DNA of 64,000 nucleotides, taken from assembly GCA_964016885.1 (NCBI GenBank), contig OZ024745.1, positions 682,001-746,000 on the forward strand. Reading direction: 5' to 3'. A model generated the notes under the pieces. The model was not told the DNA's origin. It ran no database searches and saw only the letters and a program-made list of their open reading frames with translations. The position numbers were made by a program, and so were the translations under genes. Shown here in pieces: positions 1 to 13,286 of the stretch (positions are counted from its first letter, which is position 1; the number at the start of each line of letters is the position of its first letter). Source of the stretch: Eledone cirrhosa. Lineage: Eukaryota.

Positions 1-3000
1 TAGAATAGGTACATTGTATCCCTTTATGTTGTAATTCCATATATATCTAGTTTACAATAGGTACACTGTATCCCTGTATGTCATAATACCATGTATATCT
101 AGTTTAGAATAGGTACACTGTATTCCTGTATGTCATAATACCATGTATATCAAGATTACAATAGGTACACTGTATCCCTGTATGTTGTAATACCATATAT
201 ATCTAGTTTAGAATAGGTACACTGTATCCCTGTATGTTGTAATACCATGTATACCTAGTTTAAAATAGGTACACTGTATCCCTATATGTTGTAATACCAT
301 GTATATCTAGTTTAGAATAGGTACACTGTATCTCTGTATGTTGTAAGACCATATATATCTAGTTTACAATAGGTACACTGTATCCCTGTATATTGTAATA
401 CCATGTATATCTAGTTGAGAATAGGTACACTGTATCCCTGTATGTTGTAATACCATATATATCTAGTTTACAATAGGTACACTGTATCCCTGTCTATTGT
501 AATACCATGTATATCTAGTTTAGAATAGGTACACTGTATACCTGTATGTTGTAATACGATGTATATCAGGTTTAGAATAGGTACACTGTATCCCTCTATG
601 TCATAATACCATATATATCTAGTTTAGAGTAGGTACACTGTATCCGTGTATGTTGTAATACCATGTATATCTAGTTTAAAATAGGTACACTGTATCCCTG
701 TATGCTGTAATACCATGTATATCTAGTTTAGAATAGGTACACTGTATCCCTGTATGTCATAATACCATGTATATCTAGTTTAGAATAGGTACACTGTATC
801 CCTGTATGTTGTAAGACCATGTATATCTAGTTTAGAATAGGTACACTGTATCCCTGTATGTCTTAATACCATGTATATCTAGTTTAGAATAGGTACACTG
901 TATCCCTGTAGGTCATAATACCATGTATACCTAGTTTAGAATAGGTATATTGTATCCCTGTATGTTGTAATACCATATATATCTAGTTTACAATAGCTAC
1001 ACTGTATCCCTGTATGTTGTAATACCATGTATATCTAGTTTAGAATAGGTACACTATATCCCTGTATGTTATAATACCATGTATATCTAGTTCAGAATAG
1101 GTACACTGTATCTCTGTATGTTGTAATACCATGTATATCTAGTTTAGAATAGGTACACTGTATCCCTGTATGTTGTAAGACCATGTATATCTAGTTTAGA
1201 ATAGGTACACTGTATCCCTGTATGTCATAATACCATGTATATCTAGTTTAGAATAGGTATACTGTATCCCTGTATGTTGTGATACCATGTATATCTAGTT
1301 TAGAATAGGTACACTGTATCCCTGTATGTTGTAATACCATGTATATCTAGTTTAGAATAGGTACACTGTATCCCTGTATGTTGTGATACCATGTATATCT
1401 AGTTTAGAATAGGTACACTGTATCCCTGTATGTTGTAATACCATGTATATCTAGTTTAGAATAGGTACACTGTATCCCTGTATGTCATAATACCATATAT
1501 ATCTAGTTTAGAATAGATACACTGTATCCCTGTATGTCATAATACCATGTATATCTAGTTTAGAATAGGTACACTGTATCCCTGTATGTCATAATACCAT
1601 GTATATCTAGTTTAGAATAGGTACACTGTATCCCTGTATGTTGTAATACCATATATATCCAGTTTAGAATAGGTACACCGTATCCCTGTATGTTATAAGA
1701 CCATATATATCTAGTTTAGAATAGATACACTGTATCCCTGTATGTCATAATACCATGTATATCTAGTTTAGAATAGGTACACTGTATCCCTGTATGTTGT
1801 AATACCATATATATCCAGTTTAGAATAGGTACACCGTATCCCTGTATGTTATAAGACCATATATATCTAGTTTAGAATAGATACACTGTATCCCTGTATG
1901 TCATAATACCATGTATATCTAGTTTAGAATTGGTACACTGTATCCCTGTATGTTGTAATACCATATATATCCAGTTTAGAATAGGTACACCGTATCCCTG
2001 TATGTTATAAGACCATATATATCTAGTTTAGAATAGGTACACTGTATCCCTGTATGTTGTAATACCATATATATCTAGTTTAGAATAGGTACACTGTATC
2101 CCTGTATGTCATAATACCATGTATATCTAGTTTAAAATAGGAACACTGTATCCCTGTATGTTGTAATACCATATATATCTAGTTTAGAATAGGTACACTG
2201 TATCCCTGTATGTCATAATACCATGTATATCTCGTTTAGAATAGGTACACTGTATTCCTGTATGTCATAATACCATGTATATCAAGTTTCAAATAGGTAC
2301 ACTGTATCCCTGTATGTTGTAATACCATATATATCTAGTTTAGAATAGGTACACTGTATCCCTGTATGTTGTAATACCATATATATCTAGTTTAGAATAG
2401 GTACACTGTATCCCTGTATGTTGTAATACCATGTATATCTAGTTTAGAATAGGTACACTGTATCCCTGTATGTTGTAATACCATGTATATCTAGTTTTAA
2501 ATAGGTACACTGTATCCCTGTATGTTGTAATACCATGTATATCTAGTTTAGAATAGGTACACTGTATCCCGGTATGCTGTAAGACCATGTGTATCTAGTT
2601 TAGAATATGTACACTGTATCCCTGTATGTCATAATACCATGTATATCTAGTTTAGAATAGGTACACTGTATCCCTGTATGTCATAATACCATGTATATCT
2701 AGTTTAGAATAGGTACACTGTATCCCTGTATGTTGTAAGACCATATATATCTAGTTTAGAATAGATACACTGTATCCCTGTATGTTGTAATACCATGTAT
2801 ATCTAGTTTAAAACAGGTACACTGTATTCCTGTATGTCATAATACCATGTATATCTAGTTTAGAATAGGTACACTGTATCCCTGTATGTCATAATACCAT
2901 GTATATCTAGTTTAGTATAGGTACACTGTATCCCTGTATGTTGTAAGACCATATATATCTAGTTAGAATACGTACACTGTATCCCTGTATGTTGTAATAC

Positions 3001-6000
3001 CATATATATCTAGTTTACAATAGGTACACTGTATTCCTGTATGTTGTAAAACCATGTATATCTAGTTTAGAATAGGTACACTGTATCCCTGTATGTCAAA
3101 ATACTATGTATATCTAGTTTAGAATAGGTACATTGTATCCCTGTATGTTGTAATACCATATATATCTAGTTTACAATAGGTACACTGTATCCCTGTATGT
3201 CATAATACCATGTATATCTAGGTTAGAATAGGTACACTGTATTCCTGTATGTCATAATACCATGAATATCTCGTTTAGAATAGGTACACTGTATCTCTGT
3301 GTGTTGTAATACCATGTATATCTAGTTTAGAATAGGTACACTGTATCCCTATATGTCATAATACCATGTATATCTAGTTTACTATAGGTACACTGTATCC
3401 CTGTATGTCATAATACCATGTATATTTAGTTTAGTATAGGTACACTGTATCCCTGTATGTTGTAAGACCATATATATCTAGTTAGAATAGGTACACTGTA
3501 TCCCTGTATGTTGTAATACCATATTTATCTAGTTTACAATAGGTACACTGTATTCCTGTATGTTGTAATACCATGTATATCTAGTTTAGAATAGGTACAC
3601 TGTATCCCTGTATGTCAAAATACTATGTATATCTAGTTTAGAATAGGTACATTGTATCCCTGTATGTTGTAATACCATATATATCTAGTTTACAATAGGT
3701 ACACTGTATCCCTATATGTCATAATACCATGTATATCTAGTTTAGAATAGGTACACTGTATTCCTGTATGTCATAATACCATGTATATCAAGTTTACAAT
3801 AGGTACACTGTATCCCTGTATGTTGTAATACCATATATATCTAGTTTAGAATAGGTACACTGTATCCCTGTTTGTTGTAATACCATGTATATCTAGTTTA
3901 AAATAGGTACACTGTATCCCTGTATGTTGTAATACCATGTATATCTAGTTTAGAATAGGTACACTGTATCTCTGTATGTTGTAAGACCATGTATATCTAG
4001 TTTAGAATAGGTACACTGTATCCCTGTATGTTGTAATACCATATATATCTAGTTTACAATAGATACACTGTATCACTGTATATTGTAATACCATGTATAT
4101 CTAGTTTAGAATAGGTACACTGTATCCCTGTATGTTGTAATACGACGTATATCAGGATTAGAATAGGTACACTGTATCCCTGTATGTCATAATACCATAT
4201 ATATCTAGTTTAGAATAGGTACACTGTATCCCTGTATGTTGTAATACCATGTATATCTAGTTTCAAATAGGTACACTGTTAACCCTGTATGCTGTAATAT
4301 CATGTATATCTAGTTTAGAATAGGTACACTGTATCCCTGTATGTCATAATACCATGTATATCTAGTTTAGAATTCGTACACTGTATCACTGTATGTTGTA
4401 AGACCATGTATATCTAGTTTAGAATAGGTACACTGTATCCCTGTATGTCATAATACCATGTATATCTAGTTTAGAATAGGTACACTGTATCCCTGTATGT
4501 CATAATACCATGTATATCTAGTTTAGAATAGGTATATTGTATCCCTGTATGTTGTAATACCATATATATCTAGTTTACAATAGGTACACTGTATCCCTGT
4601 ATGTTGTAATACTATGTATATGTAGTTTAGAATAGGTACACTGTATCCCTGTATGTTGTAATACCATATATATCTAGTTAAAAATAGGTACACTGTATCT
4701 CTGTATGTTGTAAGACCATATATATCTAGTTTAGAATAGGTACACTGTATCCCTGTATGTTGTAATACCATATATATCTAGTTTAGAATAGGTACACTGT
4801 ATCCCTGTATGTCATAATACCATGTATATCTAGTTTAGAATAGGTACACTGTATCCCTGTATGTTGTAAGACAATATATATCTAGTTTAGAATAGGTACA
4901 CTGTATCCCTGTCTGTCATAAGACCATGTATATCTAGTTACAAATAGGTACACTGTATCTCTGTATGTTGTAATACCATATATATCAAGTTTAGAATAGG
5001 TACACTGTATCCCTGTATGTCATAATACCATGTATATCTAGTTTAGAGTAGGTACACTGTATCCATGTATTTTGTAATACCATGTATATCTAGGTTAGAA
5101 TAGGTACACTGTATCCCTGTATGTCATAATACCATGTATATCTAGTTTAGAATAGATACACTGTATCCCTGTATGTTGTAATACCATATATATCTAGTTT
5201 AGAATAGGTACACTGTATCCCTGTATGTTGTAATACCATATATATCTAGTTTAGAATAGGTACACTGTATCCCTGTATGTTGTAATACCATGTATATCTA
5301 GGTTAGAATAGGTACACTGTATCCCTGTATGTCATAATACCATGTATATCTAGTTTAGAATAGGTACACTGTATCCCTGTATGTTGTAATACCATATATA
5401 TCTAGTTTACAATAGGTACACAGTATCCCTGTATGTTGTAATACCATGTATATCTAGTTTAAAATAGGTACACTGTATCCCTGTATGTTGTAATACCATG
5501 TATATCTAGTTTAGAATAGGTACACTGTATCCCTGTATGCTGTAAGACCATGTATATCTAGTTTAGAATAGGTACACTGTATCCCTGTATGTCATAATAC
5601 CATGGATATCTAGTTTAGAATAGGTACACTGTATCCCTGTATGTCATAATACCATGTATATCTAGTTTAGAATAGGTACACTGTATCCCTGTATGTTGTA
5701 AGACCATATATATCTAGTTTAGAATAGGTCCACTGTATCCCTGTATGTTGTAATACCATGTATATCTAGTTTAAAATTGGTACACTGTATTCCTGTATGT
5801 CATAATACCATGTATATCTAGGTTAGAATAGGTACACTGTATCTCTGTATGTCATAATACCATGTATATCTAGTTTAGAATAGGTACACTGTATCCCTGT
5901 ATGTTGTAAGACCATATATATCTAGTTAGAATAGGTACACTGTATCCCTGTATGTTGTAATACCATATATATCTAGTTTACAATAGGTACACTGTATCCC

Positions 6001-9000
6001 TGTATGTTGTAATACCATGTATATCTAGTTTAGAATAGGTACACTGTATCCCTGTATGTCATAATACTATGTATATCTAGTTTAAAATAGGTACACTGTA
6101 TCCCTGTATGTTGTAATACCATGTATATCTTCTTTAGAATAGGTACACTGTATCCCTCTATGCTGTAAGACCATGTGTATCTAGTTTAGAATAGGTACAC
6201 TTTTTCCCTGTATGTCATAATACCATGTATATCTAGTTTAGAATAGGTACACTGTATCCCTGTATGTCATAATACCATGTATATCTAGTTTAGAATAGGT
6301 ACACTGTATCCCTGTATGTTGTAAGACCATATATATCTAATTTAGAATAGATACACTGTATCCCTGTATGTTGTAATACCATGTATATCTAGTTTAAAAT
6401 AGGTACACTGTATTCCTGTATGTCATAATACCATGTATATCTAGTTTAGAATAGGTACACTGTATCCCTGTATGTCATAATACCATGTATATCTAGTTTA
6501 GTATAGGTACACTGTATCCCTGTATGTTGTAAGACCATATAGATCTAGTTAGAATACGTACACTGTATCCCTGTATGTTGTAATACCATATATATCTAGT
6601 TTACAATAGGTACACTGTATTCCTGTATGTTGTAATACCATGTATATCTAGTTTAGAATAGGTACACTGTATCCCTGTATGTCAAAATACTATGTATATC
6701 TAGTTTAGAATAGGTACATTGTATCCCTGTATGTTGTAATACCATATATATCTAGTTTACAATAGGTACACTGTATCCCTGTATGTCATAATACCATGTA
6801 TATCTAGTTTAGAATAGGTACACTGTATTCCTGTATGTCATAATACCATGTATATCAAGTTTACAATAGGTACACTGTATCCCTGTATTTTGTAATACCA
6901 TATATATCTAGTTTAGAATAGGTACACTGTATCCCTATATGTTGTAATACCATGTATATCTAGTTTAAAATAGGTACACTGTATCCCTGTATGTTGTAAT
7001 ACCATATATATCTAGTTTACAATAGATACACTGTATCACTGTATATTGTAATACCATGTATATCTAGTTTAGAATAGGTACACTGTATCCCTGTATGTTG
7101 TAATACGACGTATATCAGGATTAGAATAGGTACACTGTATCCCTGTATGTCATAATACCATATATATCTAGTTTAGAATAGGTACACTGTATCCCTGTAT
7201 GTTGTAATACCATGTATATCTAGTTTCAAATAGGTACACTGTTAACCCTGTATGCTGTAATACCATGTATATCTAGTTTAGAATAGGTACACTGTATCCC
7301 TGTATGTCATAATACCATGTATATCTAGTTTAGAATTCGTACACTGTATCACTGTATGTTGTAAGACCATGTATATCTAGTTTAGAATAGGTACACTGTA
7401 TCCCTGTATGTCATAATACCATGTATATCTAGTTTAGAATAGGTACACTGTATCCCTGTATGTCATAATACCATGTATATCTAGTTTAGAATAGGTATAT
7501 TGTATCCCTGTATGTTGTAATACCATATATATCTAGTTTACAATAGGTACACTGTATCCCTGTATGTTGTAATACTATGTATATGTAGTTTAGAATAGGT
7601 ACACTGTATCCCTGTATGTTGTAATACCATATATATCTAGTTAAAAATAGGTACACTGTATCTCTGTATGTTGTAAGACCATATATATCTAGTTTAGAAT
7701 AGGTACACTGTATCCCTGTATGTTGTAATACCATATATATCTAGTTTAGAATAGGTACACTGTATCCCTGTATGTCATAATACCATGTATATCTAGTTTA
7801 GAATAGGTACACTGTATCCCTGTATGTTGTAAGACAATATATATCTAGTTTAGAATAGGTACACTGTATCCCTGTCTGTCATAAGACCATGTATATCTAG
7901 TTACAAATAGGTACACTGTATCTCTGTATGTTGTAATACCATATATATCAAGTTTAGAATAGGTACACTGTATCCCTGTATGTCATAATACCATGTATAT
8001 CTAGTTTAGAGTAGGTACACTGTATCCATGTATTTTGTAATACCATGTATATCTAGGTTAGAATAGGTACACTGTATCCCTGTATGTCATAATACCATGT
8101 ATATCTAGTTTAGAATAGATACACTGTATCCCTGTATGTTGTAATACCATATATATCTAGTTTAGAATAGGTACACTGTATCCCTGTATGTTGTAATACC
8201 ATATATATCTAGTTTAGAATAGGTACACTGTATCCCTGTATGTTGTAATACCATGTATATCTAGGTTAGAATAGGTACACTGTATCCCTGTATGTCATAA
8301 TACCATGTATATCTAGTTTAGAATAGGTACACTGTATCCCTGTATGTTGTAATACCATATATATCTAGTTTACAATAGGTACACAGTATCCCTGTATGTT
8401 GTAATACCATGTATATCTAGTTTAAAATAGGTACACTGTATCCCTGTATGTTGTAATACCATGTATATCTAGTTTAGAATAGGTACACTGTATCCCTGTA
8501 TGCTGTAAGACCATGTATATCTAGTTTAGAATAGGTACACTGTATCCCTGTATGTCATAATACCATGGATATCTAGTTTAGAATAGGTACACTGTATCCC
8601 TGTATGTCATAATACCATGTATATCTAGTTTAGAATAGGTACACTGTATCCCTGTATGTTGTAAGACCATATATATCTAGTTTAGAATAGGTCCACTGTA
8701 TCCCTGTATGTTGTAATACCATGTATATCTAGTTTAAAATTGGTACACTGTATTCCTGTATGTCATAATACCATGTATATCTAGGTTAGAATAGGTACAC
8801 TGTATCTCTGTATGTCATAATACCATGTATATCTAGTTTAGAATAGGTACACTGTATCCCTGTATGTTGTAAGACCATATATATCTAGTTAGAATAGGTA
8901 CACTGTATCCCTGTATGTTGTAGTACCATATATATCTAGTTTACAATAGGTACACTGTATCCCTGTATGTTGTAATACCATGTATATCTAGTTTAGAATA

Positions 9001-12000
9001 GGTACACTGTATCCCTGTATGTCATAATACTATGTATATCTAGTTTAAAATAGGTACACTGTATCCCTGTATGTTGTAATACCATGTATATCTAGTTTAG
9101 AATAGGTACACTGTATCCCTCTATGCTGTAAGACCATGTGTATCTAGTTTAGAATAGGTACACTTTTTCCCTGTATGTCATAATACCATGTATATCTAGT
9201 TTAGAATAGGTACACTGTATCCCTGTATGTCATAATACCATGTATATCTAGTTTAGAATAGGTACACTGTATCCCTGTATGTTGTAAGACCATATATATC
9301 TAATTTAGAATAGATACACTGTATCCCTGTATGTTGTAATACCATGTATATCTAGTTTAAAATAGGTACACTGTATTCCTGTATGTCATAATACCATGTA
9401 TATCTAGTTTAGAATAGGTACACTGTATCCCTGTATGTCATAATACCATGTATATCTAGTTTAGTATAGGTACACTGTATCCCTGTATGTTGTAAGACCA
9501 TATAGATCTAGTTAGAATACGTACACTGTATCCCTGTATGTTGTAATACCATATATATCTAGTTTACAATAGGTACACTGTATTCCTGTATGTTGTAATA
9601 CCATGTATATCTAGTTTAGAATAGGTACACTGTATCCCTGTATGTCAAAATACTATGTATATCTAGTTTAGAATAGGTACATTGTATCCCTGTATGTTGT
9701 AATACCATATATATCTAGTTTACAATAGGTACACTGTATCCCTGTATGTCATAATACCATGTATATCTAGTTTAGAATAGGTACACTGTATTCCTGTATG
9801 TCATAATACCATGTATATCAAGTTTACAATAGGTACACTGTATCCCTGTATTTTGTAATACCATATATATCTAGTTTAGAATAGGTACACTGTATCCCTA
9901 TATGTTGTAATACCATGTATATCTAGTTTAAAATAGGTACACTGTATCCCTGTATGTTGTAATACCATGTATATCTAGTTTAGAATAGGTACACTGTATC
10001 TCTGTATGTTGTAAGACCATGTATATCTAGTTTAGAATAGGTACACTGTATCACTGTATATTGTAATATCATGTATATCTAGTTTAGAATAGGTACACTG
10101 TATCCCTGTATGTCATAATACCATATATATCTAGTTTAGAATAGGTACACTGTATCCCTGTATGTTGTAATACCATGTATATCTAGTTTCAAATAGGTAC
10201 ACTGTAACCCTGTATGCTGTAATACCATGTATATCTAGTTTAGAATAGGTACACTGTATCCCTGTATGTCATAATACCATGTATATCTAGTTTAGAATAG
10301 GTACACTGTATCACTTATGTTGTAAGACCATGTATATCTAGTTTAGAATAGGTACACTGTATCCCTGTATGTTGTAATACCATGTATATCTAGTTTAGAA
10401 TAGGTACACTGTATACCTGTATGTTGTAATACCATATATATCTAGTTAAAAATAGGTACACTGTATCCCTGTATGTTGTAAGACCATATATATCTAGTTT
10501 AGAATAGGTACACTGTATCCCTGTATGTTGTAATACCATATATATCTAGTTTAGAATAGGTACACTGTATCCCTGTATGTCATAATACGATGTATATCTA
10601 GTTTAGAATAGGTACACTGTATCCCTGTATGTTGTAAGACAATATATATCTAGTTTAGAATAGCTACACTGTATCCCTGTATGTCATAAGACCATGTATA
10701 TCTAGTTTAAAATAGGTACACTGTATCCCTGTATGTTGTAATACCATGTATATCTAGTTACGAATAGGTACACTGTAACCCTGTATGTTGTAATACCATG
10801 TATATCTAGTTACGAATAGGTACACTGTATCCCTGTATGTCATAATACCATGTATATCTAGTTTAGAATAGGTACACTGTATCTCTGTGTGTTGTAATAC
10901 CATGTATATCTAGTTTAGAATAGGTACACTGTATCCCTGTATGTCATAATACCATGAATATCTCGTTTAGAATAGGTACACTGTATCTCTGTGTGTTGTA
11001 ATAACATGTATATCTAGTTTAGAATAGGTACACAGTATCTCTGTATATCATAATACCATGTATATCTAGTTTAGAATAGGTACACTGTATCCCTGTATGT
11101 TGTTAGACCATATATATCTAGTTTAGAATAGGTACACTGTATTCCTGTATGTCATAAGACCATGTAGCCATGTATGTCATAAGACCATGTATATCTAGTT
11201 TAGAATAGGTACACTGTATCCCTGTATGTCATAATACCATGTATATCTAGTTTAAAATAGGTACACTGTATCCCTGTATGTTGTAATACCATATATATCT
11301 AGTTTAGAATAGGTACACTGTATCCCTGTATGTTGTAATACCATATATATCTAGTTTAGAATAGGTACACTGTATCCCTGTATGTTGTAATACCATGTAT
11401 ATCTAGTTCAGAATAGGTACACTGTATCCCTGTATGTTGTAATACCATGTATATCTAGTTTAAAATAGGTACACTGTATCCCTGTATGTTGTAATACCAT
11501 GTATATCTAGTTTAGAATAGGTACACTGTATCCCTCTATGCTGTAAGACCATGTGTATCTAGTTTAGAATAGGTACACTTTTTCCCTGTATGTCATAATA
11601 CCATGTATATCTAGTTTAGAATAGGTACACTGTATCCCTGTATGTCATAATACCATGTATATCTAGTTTAGAATAGGTACACTGTATCCCTGTATGTTGT
11701 AAGTCCATATATATCTAGTTTAGAATAGATACACTGTATCCCTGTATGTTGTAATACCATGTATATCTAGTTTAAAATAGGTACACTGTATTCCTGTATG
11801 TCATAATACCATGTATATCTAGTTTAGAATAGGTACACTGTATCCCTGTATGTCATAATACCATGTATATCTAGTTTAGTATAGGTACACTGTATCCCTG
11901 TATGTTGTAAGACCATATAGATCTAGTTAGAATACGTACACTGTATCCCTGTATGTTGTAATACCATATATATCTAGTTTACAATAGGTACACTGTATTC

Positions 12001-13146
12001 CTGTATGTTGTAATACCATGTATATCTAGTTTAGAATAGGTACACTGTATCCCTGTATGTCAAAATACTCTGTATATCTAGTTTAGAATAGGTACATTGT
12101 ATCCCTGTATGTTGTAATACCATATATATCTAGTTTACAATAGGTACACTGTATCCCTGTATGTCATAATACCATGTATATCTAGTTTAGAATAGGTACA
12201 CTGTATTCCTGTATGTCATAATACCATGTATATCAAGTTTACAATAGGTACACTGTATCCCTGTATTTTGTAATACCATATATATCTAGTTTAGAATAGG
12301 TACACTGTATCCCTATATGTTGTAATACCATGTATATCTAGTTTAAAATAGGTACACTGTATCCCTGTATGTTGTAATACCATGTATATCTAGTTTAGAA
12401 TAGGTACACTGTATCTCTGTATGTTGTAAGACCATGTATATCTAGTTTAGAATAGGTACACTGTATCACTGTATATTGTAATATCATGTATATCTAGTTT
12501 AGAATAGGTACACTGTATCCCTGTATGTTGTAATACGATGTATATCAGGTTTAGAATAGGTACACTGTATCCCTGTATGTCATAATACCATATATATCTA
12601 GTTTAGAATAGGTACACTGTATCCCTGTATGTTGTAATACCATGTATATCTAGTTTCAAATAGGTACACTGTAACCCTGTATGCTGTAATACCATGTATA
12701 TCTAGTTTAGAATAGGTACACTGTATCCCTGTATGTCATAATACCATGTATATCTAGTTTAGAATAGGTACACTGTATCACTTATGTTGTAAGACCATGT
12801 ATATCTAGTTTAGAATAGGTACACTGTATCCCTGTATGTTGTAATACCATGTATATCTAGTTTAGAATAGGTACACTGTATACCTGTATGTTGTAATACC
12901 ATATATATCTAGTTAAAAATAGGTACACTGTATCCCTGTATGTTGTAAGACCATATATATCTAGTTTAGAATAGGTACACTGTATCCCTGTATGTTGTAA
13001 TACCATATATATCTAGTTTAGAATAGGTACACTGTATCCCTGTATGTCATAATACGATGTATATCTAGTTTAGAATAGGTACACTGTATCCCTGTATGTT
13101 GTAATACCATATATATCTAGTTTAGAATAGGTACACTGTATCCCTG
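1..13146. repeat. 52-bp tandem satellite (~250 copies; continues off the left edge), consensus TAGAATAGGTACACTGTATCCCTGTATG(TTG/TCA)TAATACCAT(G/A)TATATCTAGTT
   Basis: Direct reading shows a 52-bp period (unit starts at 1, 53, 105...). The array ends at ...GTACACTGTATCCCTGT near 13146. Copy number is length/period. Confidence 0.99.
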
Positions 13147-13286
13147 TGTGATGTCAGCCGACCCAAAAACAGATCATAAGACCTAAAGTTATAGATGATT
13201 AACTTTTTCTGTTTACAGTTCTATTAAGAGTTAATTAAGTATATTGACTTCAAGAGAGGGAAAACTGGAATACATATTTCTGTAAA

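Noticed and set aside
4523-7734. Two identical 82-aa ORFs
   Set aside because: Chance stop-free stretch of the 52-mer, duplicated by the 2963-bp block; useful only as a marker.
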